Source: Callorhinchus milii (lineage: Eukaryota). Taken from it: DNA of 64,000 bases. The notes beneath the pieces are model-generated. The model saw only the letters and a program-made list of their open reading frames with translations. It did not search any database and was not told the DNA's origin. The translations under genes were made by a program, and so were the position numbers. Location: the NCBI RefSeq assembly GCF_018977255.1, contig NW_024704768.1:5022001-5086000 (forward strand). The letters are read 5' to 3'. Within the stretch, counting starts at the first letter, position 1. Every line of letters begins with the position of its first letter. Positions 13,079 to 38,672 of this stretch are shown here, piece after piece.

Positions 13079-16000
13079 CTTTTAATGCTGGGGCTATTTT
13101 TAGTCTTTTAATCAGTTACAGGATGAATTCACTGCGGAATAGAATATTACTGACAGTGGCCTCTCTCTGCGGCTCACAAGATGGGAGCAGATTGCAGGGA
13201 AATTCCACAGTGGGCACTATTGCGGGGGGGGGGGGGGGGGGGGGTGCTGGGAGCGAGCATGAGGGGCTAATTTGATTGAAGGAACCAGATGAGAGTATAA
13301 TGTGTGAGGGCAACATTCAGGAGTCTCTTTCCAATATCTAAGGCTCAAAATCAGATCACAGGCTCAGGAACAAGCTCACTACCTACTGTGTGTTTATAAT
13401 ACAGGACACACTGTCTGGAGCTCTCTGCTGGGTAACTGACCAGACTGTGATTTATTGGCTCTCAGTGGCTGTGTACAGCAGAGCCGCCTATTCTGCATGA
13501 CGTGTCGAGTAGATTACAACCCTGAGCTGGTCAGAACATGGTCAGAAACTGTTCGTGGTATTAGACAAGGAATAATTTCTCATCACCTTAATATCTAGGA
13601 TTGTGCCGATTCGTGGTAAGCTCTCAAATTCGCTATTAATTTTATTTTAAACAATAATTTCTCTGCAGTTGTTAAAGAGCCTCTAAACTGGCTTCACACT
13701 GAATTGCCAGAAGTTCTGCCTAATAATTAATGTTCAGACATATGGCTGAGAACGTGAGATATTTCTGATCCTACAGCCCCAGGAATAAGTCACCGGGCGA
13801 GGATACAGTGGTCCTCGTCCCTCAGAGCTTTGCCATCAGTGTGGTGCTGAGCTGGAGTTGGGATGGTGTCAGACACCACACTGCTCACTGACGTAATACA
13901 CTAGTTACAATAGCCATTGATCTCGTTATCAATAGTTCTGAGTAATCTCAGGATGTAAAGAGAAGAGACCATGTGTATTGACTGCCATTGGGAACAGCCC
14001 AGTTAGGGAATAGCTGGAGGCACTTCACTCACAAAGCTCACTAAACTATACTACCGTATATGAGAAGGGTACAGTACATTGCAGATTAAGGCAACAAAAG
14101 GGATTACACCAACACTGGATCACTAGACTAGTAGAAAACCATTTTGGTCCAGCAATTAAAAGCATCTGAATATGTAGATTGCAAGCAAACAGAGCCACAT
14201 CTGCCCAGCGACACTCTCCGTGATGGTCACCCACTGATTCTGTGAGCGCTGGCTCTCGCGTCAGACTGGACTGAACTGCGGACACTCGGGCACCGGCTCT
14301 TTAACTTGTCCCAACATCAGCACAAACTCTCACACGTGAGGTTTCAGTAATTTGTTCGTTCACCAAACTTCTTACAGCGCCGTTAGTTAGGAGATCAATC
14401 TGTAAAATGGCTGCTGCCCAGCCCTGGTGCCTGGCGGGCGAGTGTTGGTGCCCTGTGCTAGTGGGAGGCGCGTTGCTGAGCTGACGCCTGGCATTTTATT
14501 GCCAAACTGATTCCTTTTGTCTGTTCGGATCAGCTGTTTGAATGGACATTGTTAAAGGTGAGATACACAGCACAGAGCTGCCCAGCCCTGTGCCAGCCTA
14601 GCCCTGCCCTGCCCTGAACTAAACACCACCTACACGGAGCCCTGTGAATGGGAAAGGGGGGCGGTGGTGGGGGGGGTGGGTGGCGTGAGGGTCAGCATTC
14701 GTCCGGGGGTCCCACTCTGACTCCGCTGCTCTGGACTGAAGGAACTCTCGCGGTCGACGCTACGCAGATTTTGGGGGGGGGGGGGTTCACTTTACTTCGG
14801 ATAAAAGGAACATTAATATGAAAAGAAACTACACTTAACTGCATGATACACATTTTCATTACACTTATAAAAAAAAATCTATGTACAATTTTTTAAAAAA
14901 GGGACTGACTAGAGGAACACTCTCTAACCCCGGGCGTTCTGTCACCCACGTTCCAAGGTAAAGGCTCGACCCCAACATCTAGTCTACATTCTCCTCTCTC
15001 TCTCTCTCTCCGCGCGGACTTGCATGACTTAACTCAGGTCAGCCCTTTCTCCTGGTCTAAGGTTAGTATCCTCAGCTGACTATTTTTGTACCTTAAAAGG
15101 GCTCGATTTCCACCCTGACGTACTTCTGCCACAAACATGTCCCCAAAGTCAGACAACAGCTAGATTTCTGGATGGATTTCATTTGGGGAACGTCTCTCTC
15201 TCTCTCCCCACTCACCTCTCGCCCCCTTCCTACCCCCACCCTCCCCAGGCAATGGCTGATCGGAGGCAGTAAGAGGTGCAGCGAGGGAAACACTGCACGG
15301 AATCATTTTCAGTTTTTGTTCCAAGGCCCAAAATATCTCCGTGGTCACAGCCTCAAGACCATCATCTGAAAGTCAGTCGGCGAGAGACTGAGAAACGTTC
15401 TGGAACTCAGCCTGGATTTGGATTCCACGTCACCGCAGTGTTAATCGCAAGCCGCCTCCCAAATCAATAATATAATAATAATAATTTTCACATTTGTTAC
15501 AGCGCTTTTTCATGTCTTCAAGATGTCTCAAAGCGCTTCACAGAATATACTATAAAGTATGGTGACTGTGTGTTTTGTGGACGAAACGCGGCAGCCAATT
15601 GCTCATAGTCGTGTACCCCAAGCAGTTGTGGATCGAGTCCCCAAATTATTACCAGATCCAGACTAAATCTCACAATTTTCTAAAATTCTGTACATGCTTA
15701 GGTCTGCGACAAGGTGCTGGAGGCTGACAGAGCGAGTGAGGACTCTCAGGCCTGAGTTCTGTTCGATACCCAACCATCAGTAAAGGGCGTGACTGTGTGA
15801 CTGGCAGCTTAGCTTGTCTGCTCAGTAAAGTGCTCCCTTCTCCTCAGCTCAACAGGTCAGGCAGATGATGAAGAGTTTTCAGAGTGACCATGTTACTGAT
15901 CGGACCCGAACCAAACACAAGTGCTTGTTAATTTTTTACGTTTAAAGCTCTCTCCCGTCTCTCATCTGAGCATCACGCTGCCCCCCCACCCCCACCACCC

Positions 16001-18005
16001 CACAAAATCCAAAGCCTACAGTCCTCTGAGGAGACCTGGGGGCTGTTCCACAGTTCTCTCCGCACGTACCAGCAATGATCAGCAAGGAATGGTGATGTGG
16101 TGGTGTGGGGAGGAGGGGCCGGCGGGGAGCGTGTGGAGAGAGAGAGTCACGTTTCTATGTTACTCTTCACACACAAAGGCTGTAACTGAGCTTTCAGTGA
16201 GAGCCTTGTACCCGAGTCTGCTTCAACATTTCTGGGGGGAAAACTACAAAATTCGCAAACCCGACTGGAGGAGCTAACTGCGAGATTTGCTAACCCCAGG
16301 AGATAACTACTGAACCACAGGCTGGATGTCGCTCCCCCCACCCCCATCGATTTAATTCAGAGCTTCCACAGTGGCCGAGGGCAGGTGACACTTTACCCTT
16401 TAGAGCTTCATCACTTAACATAATACAACCATCAATCACTGAGAAGCTACCGTCTCACACTACGTTTAAGTAATTCTCTGCCTGTGGGGGGGGGGGGGGT
16501 GGTTAGCTTACTATTCCCCACAAGTGAGGGTGCCGCATTCGCACGTATCTCTGGCCATGTCGCTGCCTGGTGGGGGTGGCAGCCAACGCTGGCTGAACAA
16601 TGCAAAGCGAGCACTCTCCAGTATAAAACACCACGAGGGCCAGTCAGTCACCGAGGCTGAACCGCAGTCTAATTGTGACTTTCAAAAACAATTATCTTAC
16701 AAACCTGGTCAATAGGTGAACCAACTGATAACTAGTTAACATTATAAATCACCCAGGACAGCGTTTAAAAATAAGGCTCCATTTAAACCGCCCTCCAGCT
16801 CTCTCTCTCCCTCCCTCCCTCCATCGCCCCAGGGTTTGAGGCGAGAGAGAGAGAGAGAGTGTTTCTCTCAGCGCTTGTGTGTGTGTGTGTTTGTTCTTAC
16901 AGGTCAGTAACCTGCTCCAGAGGGAGACAGGACAGGACAGAAAGGTTGTGGTTGAACAGACTAGGTCCAGCTGTAGTGTTACCAGACCACACAGCACCTC
17001 ATTTGGCCCCAGGACAGACGGGATTCCGTCCTGTGTCACTGAGACGGGAGCTAACGAGCCTCGGTCTGTGCAGGCCACAGGCTCGGTGCTGATGGCCATC
17101 AACCACAGGTCACTTTCTCTCCAGTTTGCCTTTTGCAGACACTCATTCCCTCTGCACACAGAGAACTGCCAAACCCTGTAGGCTCCAGTGACTGGGTCAT
17201 CAAACCCCACCACTCCCCCAGGAGCTGATCTTATCTACCTCCCCTTCTCCTCTCCCAGTGATTGAGTCCAACTCCCCCACGGCTGGATTGAGCCTGAGCT
17301 CACCCCACCCCCCGACTACCCCATCCCCATGGTTTGGGCCTCTCTCTCGCTTCAAAAGACAAACCTGAAAGAACTGGTTACTGTAGTCTGGGGTCAGGTC
17401 CAACTGCGCTGAGTGTACAGCCATGTGGAGCCAGCGTCGTGATCAGCCGGCCTCAGTCCGTCTCTGAGAAACAGCAACAGGAAAGGGGGCGGTCTCCGCG
17501 ACGGTGATAGGCCAGGGCGGGCAGCAGCACTGGGTTTGCCTTCAGTCTGGCTAGCCCGACCTGGCCTGGTCTGGCGTCCGATCTGCCCAGGGCTGGAGAT
17601 GTAAGAGATAAGTGGCGTCCAGCAAACAAAGGTGAGGCTGCAGTCGGTGGAGTTGGGGGAAGAGAGCGAGAGAGAGATGGGCCAGGCAGGAAAATGGCCC
17701 CTGGGGATGCAGACACGTTCCGGTGGCAAAAAGCTGGCACCGACCAACCGACCAACCGGACTAGAAATACTGCTCTGGTCAACTCCTTACAGCTGCCTCG
17801 TGTTCATGTTTTGTTGCTTCTGGGAGGGGTTTTCTGTCCGACCGGAAAGAAAAAAAAAAAAAAAATTGCTTTTTTGATATTTTTCCCCATTTTAGTTCTT
17901 CCTGGAGAAGGTCAGGAACAGAGAGCAAACGCCTCCCCTGAAAGTCATCTCGTCCAGTCACATCTCACCTCGCCGCCTGTTTTCCCAGCCCGGTTCCCGA
18001 TGGTT

Positions 18006-31228
<13,223 letters not shown>

Positions 31229-32799
31229 ATCCAGCCATTAAACATCAGCCTGAACCCAACGCGAGCACAGCTACAACTTACACCCCGAGCCACAGCATCA
31301 GAGACAGTCACAGCACAGAAGGAGGCCATTCGACCCCTGGTGTTGGTGCCGACTCCCTTAAGCGCAATCCTTTCAGTCGCACTTCGTTGACTCTTTAAGG
31401 TAAGTGTCTAGTTCAGGGATAACCTATACAATAATGAACTTTGTATTTGATATAACACCTTATCACATTCTCCAAACACCTCAAAGAGCGTTGCAGATTT
31501 ACAGTAAAGTGTGGTGATCATATTTGATAGAGCTTTCACATAGCATAGCATCTTGAGGTGCTTTACACTGACAATGTGGATGAATGAGCAGTCAGTCAGT
31601 GTGTGTGTTTCAAGCTGCCTTCCTGTCCTGGGGACAGTGAGGAGAGCAGACAGGGGGGAAAATCTCGCTAGGAATCAGTTTGAAATATCCTCCACCGCAG
31701 TGTGAGTGGGTCAAGATCAATTATTCATAGCTTGCTTTACATGACACAAGTCAGACCGAAAGTTATGAAAATTTCAGTAGAGCCACAGCTAATGAATCCT
31801 ACAGACAGGGAGGGAGGGAGGCTCTGGAGTACTGGAACTATCAGGACTGAATTTTACCTTTTCAGCAAAGGTGTCGGCACTCACACGAGTACAAGACCAG
31901 GAGCAGGGATTCAGACAGAAGTAAATATTGGGGGTTTGACAATCTTGGTTAAAAAAGCACTGAAGCAAATCTGCAGTGAAATGATGAAAAACTCATTCTG
32001 TTGCCCACATCATCATCATCATCATCATAATAATCCCTGAATTGTCAGGTCTTCGAGACATATCAAAGCCCTTCACGCTGTAAAGTGTAGTGACTGTGTG
32101 TTTTGTGGCTGTCTCATCCATGATTGATCATATAGTTATAAATCACACCCAGGCTTCACGCTTTGTATAAACACAAACTGGGTGAGGGGAGGATTGTACA
32201 GGGGAAAAGGGATGTCAAAAAATAAACCAGGGATGTTAGACACAGCAGCGCACACTCCCACATCTGCTGGACACGGCACCCATTAATATTTATCATATTT
32301 TGTTTTATAAAATATGCATTTTCCTCCAGGGCTAAACTGTCGCGTGATGCCCTCAAACCCGACAACAAACTGAAGCAATCAGCCCTGGTTACACACTGAG
32401 CTCTCGGCCACACAATACAGCCACAACTCCCGAGTAAGGTGTAACTGACAATACCATAGGCAAGTTTCCTTACTCCACACACACGTCTCTGTTTACCAGC
32501 AGTTAAGTAGGAGCCCGCTTGTTAGTCGATTGTCAGATCGCTTTTCCGGGGGCAATAACCCCTCCAAAACAAACAACAATTTGGTCACTCAATCCACGAT
32601 CGTTTGTGGGGACACTGCTGTGTGTAATTGGGCCACGTTTCACTTACAAAATCTACAGACACACCACTTTACAGTGTATCCTGTGAAGTGCTTTGAGACG
32701 TCTGAACGAAATGATAAGACCTGTGTCAAATGCAAGGATTATTATTGTAACTGGGTAAAAAACTGAGTAAACTCAAAGCACCAGGACATGAGGGAATAC

Positions 32800-33440
32800 A
32801 TCCCCAGAGAAACAGGAGGAAATTAATGAAACTCAAGAGATTATATCTCATGAGTCAATGGGGGCAAATTATATAGCAGAAGACTGGAGATTGGCTCATG
32901 TCAAACCCATCTTCAAGAAGTAGGAGAAAGCTAATCGGGGTAATTAGAGGTCCGTTAGTCTGACATCTGTAAGTAGGAACTATAATCAAAGACTCAATTA
33001 CAGATTTTATTGAGGAGGAAATTTTGGATGGAGTAAGTGTCAGAATGGGCTTCAGAACCAAAGAGCCCGTTACAATATTTTGAAGGGGAACAGAAGTGGT
33101 TGATGGGGGACATGTGGTGTACAGGGGACTGTCAGAAGACATTTGACAAAAGACTTGTGGCTAAAGTCAGGGCCTATAGGATCAAAGGGAAGACTGGCAA
33201 AAGGACAGAGAGGATACAGGGAGAAAATAGAGAGCAGTGGTTAAAGGCAATTACTCAGATTGGAAAGCTGTGGTGAGCCCTGTTCCTCGGGCATCTAATC
33301 TGGGGTTGTTACTTTTCACCCTGCATATAAATAATTTTGACCTAGGAACCTAACGGGATATTGGATGAGGGATAGTATCCAGGATAGGCACTCGTGTGGA
33401 GAATCAACACCAGCCACACTTGATGGACCAAATGGCCCGT
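32800..33440 (+). mobile_element. Highly degenerate CR1 LINE reverse-transcriptase fragment
   Basis: Remnants of CR1 motifs: EDWR-ANV-PIFKK-like GAAGACTGGAGATTGGCTCATGTCAAACCCATCTTCAAGAAG, NYRPVSLTS-like AATTAGAGGTCCGTTAGTCTGACATCTG, DFQKAFDK-like GACTGTCAGAAGACATTTGACAAA. Confidence 0.75.
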
Positions 33441-34162
33441 TTCTAAGATGTATCTTCTATAATTGCGACCACAACATAGAATGCTGTGCCACCCCTCGCT
33501 AGCCAGGCTGAGGGGGTAATGTTTAAAGGGATTAATACTTGAAGTGGTGGAACATTGTGAACAATGTCCAGAGTAACAACGGGAAAGGCCATAAGAGTAG
33601 AGAGAACTCCAGTGAGGGAGCGAGCACCAGGACAGACCCCGATGGGGAGGGAGCAGGGAATGGGGTTAGAGTAAAGAGCTCCAGTGGGGATCTCCCACTT
33701 CAGTCTGGAACCAGGTCATTCAAGGCACAACTAGAAGTTTAGTTGGGAATTATTCTATTGGGTTAAGAATTAACTTGTCAGAATGTAGCTGAAATCACGG
33801 AGAACAAGGATGGCAAGACAGCTAGACAGATTGTTAGATTATTTATTGCAACACGACCAATAATAATCGCAAAGCGCATCCCTGTGCTACGCAGTGCCAT
33901 TCTAAGCCCCGGTTCACAGGCTGAAGACTTGGCTAAACCGCCAGTATCTCACAATGATCCACAGGCTGGTCAACCATCAACACTGTCTGCATTACAACAC
34001 AGTGGGCTTTGCTTTACCAACAACCTCAAAAAGGGTGAATCATCCCTCACCCGTTTGATATTGATAAAATGGCACGAATCTGGCATTTAACCCAGAACCT
34101 TCTTGTCCCCAATCAAGAGTTGAATCACCTGAGGTCCACCAACTACCAGAGAGGTTCTAGCA

Positions 34163-34522
34163 ATAATAATCCTTGTATTTGGATATAGCATCTTATCACG
34201 TCTTTGAGACGTCTCAAAGCGCTTCCCAGAATATGCTGTAAATTGAATTGACTGCATATTTGTGAGCAAAATGCGGCAGCCAATTGTGCCCAGCGGCGTC
34301 CCACAAACAGTCGTGGACTGAGTAACCACATTTTTTTTGGGGGGGGGGATTATTATCTCCAGAAAAGCACCAAGTGATTAACAACCGGGTTTCTATTTAC
34401 TGCTTACTACAGAGGCGTGCGGAGTAAGGAAATCTGCCCAACATTTTGACCGGCCCGGTTATCGAAACCAGAGTCCTCTCGATTGCGAGGCGGGTGCTCT
34501 AACCACTGAGCTACAGGACTCC
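34163..34522 (-). mobile_element. tRNA-derived SINE, full length
   Basis: Tail, core GCGGCAGCCAATTGTGCCCAGC, reverse head GTGCTCTAACCACTGAGCTACAGGACTCC. Confidence 0.85.
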
Positions 34523-34600
34523 AGAAAGAAACACAAGAGCCGAGTGAGTATCTAACACGTTATCCCGTTGCAAATATCCAGCAATTAGACCTCAGCCGGA

Positions 34601-34852
34601 CTCAGTGATAGCACTCGGGGGCTCAGTGGTAGCACTCGGGGGCTCAGTGGTAGCACTCGGGGGCTCAGTGGTAGCACTCGGGGGCTCAGTGGTAGCACTC
34701 GGGGACTCAGTGATAGCACTCGGGGGCTCAGTGGTAGCACTCGGGGACTCAGTGGTAGCACTCGGGGACTCAGTGGTAGCACTCGGGGGCTCAGTGGTAG
34801 CACTCGGGGGCTCAGTGGTAGCACTCGGGGGCTCAGTGGTAGCACTCGGGGG
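34601..34852 (+). repeat. 21-bp minisatellite, 12 copies (CTCAGTGGTAGCACTCGGGGG)
   Basis: Twelve near-identical units counted. Confidence 0.95.
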
Positions 34853-35179
34853 CTGTGGATTCAAAGGGACTCGAACTCACAACCTTCTGACTCAGAGGCT
34901 GATACAAGGCTGACATACAGAGAGAGTAACACACACAGTCACAGAGAGAGAGTAACACAACAGTCAAATAGAGAGACAAACACAGAGACAGTCAAACAAA
35001 CACAGTGAGAGTAACACACAGAGACATGGAGTCAGACACAGACACAGAGAGAGTAACACAGAGCGAGATACAGACACAACAATAACAACAACTTGGTGTA
35101 GCGCAGAGTAACCCCCGACACACAGACACAGACACACAGACACAGACAGACACACAGACACAGACAGACAGACAGTGTC

Positions 35180-35760
35180 GGGGCTCAGGCCCTGTCCGTG
35201 ACCGTCGCCTCTCTCTCTGCTGTATTTGCTGGTGTTTGGAGCCGGAGCCGCGGCCGCTGGGGTTTGGCGGCTATTGTGCCCCTCGGGCGGGAGGGCTGGT
35301 CCGGGCCTAGTGGCCGCTCACAGCCTGGGCCCACAGCCGGGCCTGCGCCCGCCTCCCGGCCCACTCATCCGGGTCCAGGCCCGCGGGCCGCCGCCGCCTC
35401 GCCCCCTCCCTCCCTCCCTCTCTCTCGCGGTGCTGAGGGTGCGCACAGCCCCGGGGATCGCGCCTCACTCACCGGCCCAGAGGCTCACAGCTCCGCCTCT
35501 CCTCCCGCTCCCGCTCCGGCCAAAGTTTACAAACAGCGACCGCAGGAAATGGCGCCGGCACGCCGGGAAATTCCGCACCCCGCCGCGCCGCCATGACAGG
35601 TGCTGGCACTGCCGCCATGACAGGTGCGGGCACTGCCGCCATGACAGTTACTGGTACCTCCGCCATGACAAGTACTGGCAACTCCACCATGACAGTTACT
35701 GGCAATCCCGCCGCCATGACAGCTGCTGGCACCTCCGCCATGACAGGCATTGGCGAGCAC
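35180..35760 (-). promoter_or_regulatory. CpG-island promoter and non-coding exon 1 of the zinc-finger gene
   Basis: CpG-dense stretch; minus-strand donor CCG|GTGAGT at 35473/35472; YY1-like AAATGGCG near 35547; the ATG exon has an acceptor (TTCAG) near 31250. Confidence 0.75.
35588..35755. repeat. About 24-bp tandem repeat, 7 copies (CCGCCATGACAG-core), in the promoter
   Basis: Units start at about 35588, 35612, 35636, 35660, 35684, 35711, 35735. Confidence 0.9.
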
Positions 35761-35796
35761 GTGGGAGATTACTTGAAGGAGTGAGGAGTTGCTGGA

Positions 35797-38245
35797 TAAT
35801 AATAATAATAATAACCTTTGCATTTGATATAGCGCTGTTCACGTCGGGAGGACGTCCCAAAGCGCTTCACAGAACACACTGTAAAGTCAATTGACTGTAT
35901 ATTTGTGGGCGAACGCGGCAGCCAATTGCGCACAGCAATGTCCCACAAACAGTCGGTGACTGAAAATGACCAATTTATTATTGTTTTGGGTTTTGGAGGA
36001 TTATTATTAGGCTCTGTGTGGAGTAAGGAAACTTGCCCGAGGTTTCCCGCTGCCTGGAATTGAACTCAGGTCTCTCACTTGCAAAGCGAGTGCTCTAACA
36101 CTGAATTACAGGACTGATTGCAATCCCACAAGTGACACCAATACAACATGGTATTACAGCTCAAATAGGTGGTTCCTATTTGTGACCGAGACTTCACGTA
36201 GAAACACGAGTATAAGATAGTGACTGGAGGATTGAAATGAGAATTTAGAAGAAACTTCTTCAGACAGAGGGCAGCACTGTGCGGAACTCACTCCCATAAG
36301 TGGCAATTGAAGCAGATAATAGATAGATTTACATAATAATAATCCTTGCATTTTGATATAGCGCTTTTCACATCAGGAGGACGTCCCAAAGCGCTTCACA
36401 GAACACACTATAAAGTGAATTGACTGCATATTTGTGGGCGAACGCGGCAGCCAATTGCGCACAGCAATGCCCCACAAACAGTCGGTGACTGAAAATGACC
36501 AAATTGTTATTGTTTTGGGTTTTGGAGGGATTATTATTAGGCTCTGTGTGGAGTAAGGAAACTTGCCCAAGGTTTCCCGCTGCCTGGAATTGAACTCAGG
36601 TCTCTCACTTGCAAAGCGAGTGCTCTAACACTGAATTACAGGACTGATTGCAATCCCACAAGTGACACCAATACAACATGGTATTACAGCTCAAATAGGT
36701 GGTTCCTATTTGTGACCGAGACTTCACGTAGAAACACGAGTATAAGATAGTGACTGGAGGATTGAAATGAGAATTTAGAAGAAACTTCTTCAGACAGAGG
36801 GCAGCACTGTGCAGAACTCACTCCCATAAGTGGCAATTGAAGCAGATAATACAGATAGATTTACATAATAATAATCCTTGCATTTTGATATAGCACTTTT
36901 CACATCAGGAGGACGTCCCAAAGCGCTTCACAGAACACACTGTAAAGTGAATTGACTGCATATTTGTGGGCGAACGCGGCAGCCAATTGCGCACAGCAAT
37001 GTCCCACAAACAGTCGTGACTGAAAATGACCAATTTGTTATTGTTTTGGTTTTGGAGGGATTATTATTAGGCTCTGTGTGGAGTAAGGAAACTTGCCCAA
37101 GGTTTCCCGCTGCCTGGAATTGAACTCAGGTCTCTCACTTGCAAAGCGAGTGCTCTAACACTGAATTACAGGACTGATTGCAATCCCACAAGTGACACCA
37201 ATACAACATGGTATTACAGCTCAAATAGGTGGTTCCTATTTGTGACCGAGACTTCACGTAGAAACACGAGTATAAGATAGTGACTGGAGGATTGAAATGA
37301 GAATTTAGAAGAAACTTCTTCAGACAGAGGGCAGCACTGTGCGGAACTCACTCCCATAGGTGGCAATTGAAGCAGATAATACAGATAGATTTACATAATA
37401 ATAATCCTTGCATTTTGATATAGCACTTTTCACATCAGGAGGACGTCCCAAAGCGCTTCACAGAACACACTGTAAAGTGAATTGACTGCATATTTGTGGG
37501 CGAACGCGGCAGCCAATTGCGCACAGCAATGTCCCACAAACAGTCGGTGACTGAAAATGACCAATTTGTTATTGTTTTGGGTTTTGGAGGGATTATTATT
37601 AGGCTCTGTGTGGAGTAAGGAAACTTGCCCGAGGTTTCCCGCTGCCTGGAATTGAACTCAGGTCTCTCACTTGCAAAGCGAGTGCTCTAACACTGAATTA
37701 CAGGACTGATTGCAATCCCACAAGTGACACCAATACAACATGGTATTACAGCTCAAATAGGTGGTTCCTATTTGTGACCGAGACTTCACGTAGAAACACG
37801 AGTATAAGATAGTGACTGGAGGATTGAAATGAGAATTTAGAAGAAACTTCTTCAGACAGAGGGCAGCACTGTGCGGAACTCACTCCCATAGGTGGCAATT
37901 GAAGCAGATAATACAGATATACATAATAATAATCCTTGCATTTTGATATAGCACTTTTCACATCAGGAGGACGTCCCAAAGCGCTTCACAGAACACGCTG
38001 TTAAGTGAATTGACTGCATATTTGTGGGCGAACGCGGCAGCCAATTGCGCACAGCAATGTCCCACAAACAGTCGTAGATTGAAAATGACCAATTTATTAT
38101 TGTTTTTTGTTTTGGAGGATTATTATTAGGCTCTGTGTGAAGTAAGGAAACTTGCCCAAGGTTTCGCCCTGACCCCCCGGGGATTGAACTCAGGTCTCTC
38201 GCTTGCAAAGTGAGTGCTCTAACCACTGAGCTACAGGACTCCACA
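35797..38245 (-). repeat. Tandem array of an approximately 530-bp unit (internally deleted SINE plus CR1-like spacer); 5 SINE copies, 4 spacers
   Basis: TCCTTGCATTTTGATATAG recurs at 36343, 36875, 37405 and 37933, with a variant near 35815; the units are near-identical with scattered point differences. Confidence 0.95.
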
Positions 38246-38311
38246 ACAACAGCAACAACAGGATGTAGCAACAACAACAACAACTGCACAAAACTCTCTC
38301 ACAACAAATCT

Positions 38312-38317
38312 TTTAAT
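38312..38317 (-). terminator. Candidate CSAD polyadenylation signal ATTAAA
   Basis: TTTAAT on plus, about 355 nt past the stop, followed on minus by a GT-rich tract. Confidence 0.55.
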
Positions 38318-38672
38318 CAACAGCATTTTCTCTCTGTAACATCCAACTGTTGTCCAGCCCCGGCCTCAGAAACCTGGCGTCCTGTGATGGGGTCAGGACT
38401 TCATTCTCGTCTCCACGGTTACAGTGACCCCCACAGCTGAAATCAAGTAGGTTTCCCCCCACCCCACCCCACGTATACAGCCCTTCTCACCCCTTCGCCT
38501 CCGCACACAACTGTTGAGATGGCCAGTTCACCAAATGTTTAGTTCCCAGGTGAGCTGCTCCGCTCCGCAATGAACAAGTCAAGTCAATCGTGTCCAAACA
38601 GCTAACAAAGATAACACCTCCCAACGTGCATTCAACCCCCAGCGACACGCAGAGCCAGCGTGAGGAGCCGGG

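Noticed and set aside
10500-14700. Possible gene between SOAT2 and the zinc-finger gene
   Set aside because: Only SINE, CR1 and L2 remnants and short ORFs with no recognisable domains or exon chain.
34601-34852. Regularly spaced direct repeats resembling a CRISPR array
   Set aside because: Head-to-tail minisatellite with no unique spacers, in a vertebrate intron with no cas genes.
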